Assembly (NCBI GenBank): GCA_951406725.2
Contig: OX597824.1
Span: forward strand, 56,792,001-56,856,000
Source: Octopus vulgaris
Lineage: Eukaryota
Length of the DNA stretch: 64,000 nt
Direction of reading: 5' to 3'
Within the stretch, counting starts at the first letter, position 1. The number at the start of each line of letters is the position of its first letter. Below are positions 58,481 to 64,000 of the stretch, piece by piece. A program made the position numbers and the translations under genes. The notes beneath the pieces are model-generated. The model saw only the letters and a program-made list of their open reading frames with translations, was not told the origin of the DNA and made no database searches.

Positions 58481-58492
58481 GCCGAAATAGCT
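58481..58492 (-). promoter_or_regulatory. Putative primer-binding site AGCTATTTCGGC
   Basis: Abuts the 5' LTR; complementary to the tRNA-Phe 5' end GCCGAAATAGCT (recalled sequence). Confidence 0.55.
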
Positions 58493-58768
58493 TGTGGTGT
58501 ATGCGAGAGATTCGAAATAAAGGCACCTGTCTTCTCTTCGCTCAGATGGAGGCCCTTCAGCGGTAATGGATCCTTCAACACAGCCCGACCCGAACGCTAG
58601 AAATAGCAGCTGCTTCTCCCAACCTTAACAACGTGCTGACTCGTCTTACTCGCTCGGCGACCACGATCGAAAGGCCGAATGCTACCCTACTTGCGCGCGT
58701 GTCACTGCTGCTCCTTCTGGCCAGCCCCAAGTTCCGGTCAGCTCCCCAGCTGCTGACGTCATACCACA
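58493..58768 (-). repeat. 5' LTR
   Basis: Direct repeat of 54652-54927. Confidence 0.95.
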
Positions 58769-61381
58769 GTCACAGCTTTGCGATGTTCCTCTACCCTTAT
58801 TTTGAGGGGGTGACATGTTTCGCCTTTGTATAACCTACCACAGCTGCATGGGATGGAGTACACGCAGTTTTTGGTCATATTCTCTTCTATGAACCAACCA
58901 AGCAAACATTGACATGAAGTTGTTATTGTATCATCACCACCACCACCACCACCACCACCACCACCACCACCACCGCCGCCGTCGGAGATATTTGCGAAGT
59001 GTTGTATTACCCTTGAATACTATCCTGATGTCATATGGGTCGCATATCTTTTCAAAGAGGCCTTTCACATAGAGTAGACAGACTGTGGACAGCTTATTGG
59101 TTTCATCCTCTCTTTTCTTCATAATTGGAGTGGATAGTGTGTTTTGGGGGTAGTTGTTGCTTAATAGATTGTTACTGAGCTTGATCATTTCTTCGTGGTG
59201 GGTATCGCGATAGCTACTTATATTCTTTGCTCGATGTTTTAGGCACTGAGCAATCCCTCTCTTTACACTGTATGGATGGTGGGTATTGAAGTTGAGGTAT
59301 GGTCCAGTGAAGGTTGGCTTACGGTATACGGATGTCCTGAATCCATACTCGGTGCGTGTTATTAATACGCCCAGGAATGCTAGCTGATTGTCTTTTTCCT
59401 TTTCCACTGTGAACTGTATGGATGGCTTTATTGAGTTCACATGATCTAACAGCACTTGGACATATTCCTGGTGGGGCCAGAGTATAAAGGTGTCATCAAC
59501 ATATCGCAGCCACAGTGTTGGTTTTAGTGGTATTGATCCTAAAGCCAAATTCTCAAAGTATTCCATGTATATATTAACTATTATCGGTGATAATGGTGAA
59601 CCCATTACTAAACCCTCTTCTTGTCGACATATATCAGTGTCCATACTGAAGTAGGTAGTTTCTACACAGGTCAACATTTCCATTAAGTTTCTTATTGTTA
59701 TACTAGTGCGTTCTTTTAGATGGGTGTCTGTCACTAGCTTTTCTTGAATCACCGATAGTACTTCACCAGTTGAGACTTCAGAGAACAGACTTATCACATC
59801 TAGACTTACCATCTAGTTGGATTTAATGAGGGCATCATTGATCAATTCTGAGAAGTGAGTGGAATTCTTCCCGTACGATGTTGACTTTCCTGCTAATGAA
59901 CTGAATATATCCACAAGGAAGCGGCTCAGTGGATGACATGCTGAATCTCTACAGCTCACTATAGGTCTTAATGGAATACCATTCTTGTGAATCTTAGGAA
60001 GACCGTACATATGTGGTAGTTTACTGCAGTGTTGAGTTAGTTGCCTGTATTTCATTGGTGCAAAGTGATCCTTGTTCTTAATCAAGATCTGTGACAACTT
60101 CCTCTCTGTTTTCAAAGAAGGGTCTTTCTTTACTTTGCTGTAGCTACCATCACTTGTAAGACTTGCCAATTTTTCCGAGTAGTCAGACTTGTCCATTACC
60201 ACTGTAGCATTTCCCTTGACCGCTGGAAGTATTATTATAGAACTGAAGTACCAGTCGAGCCCTGGGGTCGATGCAATCAACTTATCCCCTACCTCGAAAT
60301 TGCTGGCTTTGTGCCAAAATCTGAACCCAATATTTCAGCGTCCTATACAACACCGCAATTTTACGTAGTTGCCTTTTTTGTACCGCAGTCATTTCACCTC
60401 CCACAATCTCTCCCATACAGATCCTCTTCTAGCATATTCTCTATTTTCACTACCACTCCTTATCAAATATTTTCCTCTTCCTCTTCCTCCCCCTCCCCCT
60501 CTCCCTCCTATATATATATATACATACACAGTAACCACAACAACTAACATCCCACCCATCATCCTTAACTGTACTAGACTCCCGTATCCACCCCTTACCA
60601 TCTTCCTGACACCCTGAATATCTGAAGATAGCCAGATTCCCGTAACAGTGTGTAGTACTTTAGTGAAACTGACTGGCAGCATTTGATAAATGGACGAACA
60701 ACGAGTTGTCTTTCATGAAATAACGACGACGACGACAACAATGACGGCCGTGACGACTACGATGATGACAATGATGACTACGAAAGCGATGACGACGAGG
60801 ACGACGACGACGATGATGATGTTCGGTCTGCGGTAGGTCTGAACTCTTCCGCATTCCTTCTCTTGAACCAACCAAGCAAACATTGACATGAAGTTGTTAT
60901 TGTATCACCACCACCACCACCACCACTACCACCACCACCACCACCACCACCACCGCCGCCGCCGTCGTCGTCGTCGGCGGCGGCGTTATTATTGTTGTTG
61001 TTTTATATTTTAAACAGTTTCTGTGCAAAACTCTCTTGCACCACCGGGTATTCTAAAAGTAGTGCAGCATTGTTTTCTGGAAATGTTGGCATGTGTTTAT
61101 ATATTACAAAAAGTTTTGTTTGGGTGGAATTTGCTGCTGTTGTTGTTGGTGGTCGTGATATTTTAGTGTGGAAGATGTATGAGTTGTGTTATTTGGCTGG
61201 ATGGGGTCTGTATGTCGTATGTATTGTGTAGTTAGGATTGTGCGTTTTACTGTTGATCGGGTCCGCTGTGAGTTGATGATATTAATGTGTGATAACTGAA
61301 TAGAATATAAGAGGTGTAAGTTGTGGCTATCGGGTAATCGATTATGTAGGAGTATATATTATCGGATATTACCATTACGAA

Positions 61382-62299
61382 GGCGGCGAGCTGGCAGAAT
61401 CGTTAGCGCGCCGGGCAAAATGCTTAGCAGCTTTTGGCCCGTCGATACGTTCTGAGTTCAAATTCCGCTGAGGTCAACTTTGTCTTTCATCCCTTCGGGT
61501 CGATAAATTAAGTACCAGTTGCGTACTGGGGTCGATCTAATCGACTGCCCCCCCGCACCCCAAATTTCAGGCCTTGTGCCTATAGTAGAAAGGATTATTA
61601 TAATTATTATTATTAAGGCGGCGAGCTGGCAGAATCGTTAGCACGCTGGACTAAATGCTTAGCGGTATTTCGCCTGTCTCTACGTTTTGAGTTCAAATTC
61701 TGCCGAGGTCGACTTTGCCTTTCATCCTTTCGGGGTTGATAAAATAAGTACGAGGGGTTTCGGTTGATAAAATAAGTACCAAGGGTTTCGGGGTTGATAA
61801 AATAAGAACACTGGGGTCGATGTAATCGACTCATTCCCTCTCCACCCACCATAAAATACTGCCCTTGTGGTAAAATTTGAAACCATTATCATTATTATTG
61901 GCGAGCTGGGCAAAATGCTTAGCGGCATTTCGGCCGTCTGTACATTCTGATTTCAAATTCCGCCGAGGTCGACTTTGCCTTTCATCTTTTTGGGATCGAT
62001 AAAATATCAAGTACTGGGATCGATGTAATCGACTTGCCTGCTCCCACCAAATTTCAGGTCTTGTGCCTATAGTAGAAAGGATTATTATTGGCGAGTTAGA
62101 ATAATCGTAAGCACACCGGGAAAAATGCTTAGCGGCATTTCGTCCGTCTTTACATTCTGATTTCAAATTCCGCCGAGGTCGACTTTGCCTTTCATCCTTT
62201 CGGGGTCGATGAATTAAGTACCAGTGAAACACTGGGGTCGATGTAATCGACTAGTCCCCTCTCCCACCAAATTTCAGACTTTGTGCCTAAGTAGAAACG

Positions 62300-62300
<1 letters not shown>
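61382..62300 (+). mobile_element. Head-to-tail cluster of four tRNA-derived SINEs
   Basis: ggcgagctggcagaatcgttag..gagttcaaattcc..gcctttcatcctttcggggtcgataaa; starts near 61382, 61617, 61899 and 62089, separated by short (ATT)n. Confidence 0.88.

Positions 62301-64000
<1,700 letters not shown>

Larger units (their letters stand above)
54652..58768 (-). mobile_element. Complete, decayed Gypsy-like LTR retrotransposon (4117 bp)
   Basis: 276-bp LTRs TGTGGT..ACCACA, 5-bp TSD GTCAC (54647-54651/58769-58773), order gag-PR-RT-RH-IN. Confidence 0.95.
54161..60240 (-). mobile_element. Penelope-like element (Poseidon-like; RT ORFs 59813-60280 and 58934-59812, GIY-YIG split by the LTR element)
   Basis: YGLPKIHK..LRPIVS, GLVMGSPLSP, WLRYVDDTF, CVYSIPCSCGRLYKGET; C-terminus resumes below 54651. 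Confidence 0.9.

Noticed and set aside
60990-61375. Possible further PLE remnant
   Set aside because: Similarity too weak to support by eye.
61382-62300. CRISPR-like repeat array
   Set aside because: Units are about 200-bp SINEs in eukaryotic DNA with no unique spacers and no cas genes.

Overview
No host protein-coding gene can be supported in this window. It is AT-rich, repeat-saturated eukaryotic DNA, most likely from an octopus or other coleoid cephalopod (inferred from the SINE, LINE and microsatellite repertoire). Most ORF-track entries are microsatellite artefacts. Recognisable content: R4/Dong-type LINE remnants and a near full-length Tx1-type LINE in (TAA)n tracts, CR1/L2-group LINE remnants, several Penelope-like elements (PLEs), a complete but decayed Gypsy-like LTR element nested in a PLE that is nested in a SINE, mariner and Tigger DNA transposon remnants, and tRNA-derived SINEs. 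Two signals stand out. (1) About 16 minimal type-I hammerhead ribozyme (HHR) motifs from about 10 unrelated short non-coding families, mostly next to (TA)n. Many are built as long fold-back palindromes whose inversion point often falls inside the ribozyme. (2) The LTR element has no TGG primer-binding site; the 12 nt abutting its 5' LTR are exactly complementary to the first 12 nt of eukaryotic tRNA-Phe (as recalled). All alignments and counts were done by eye, and coordinates may be off by a few bases.
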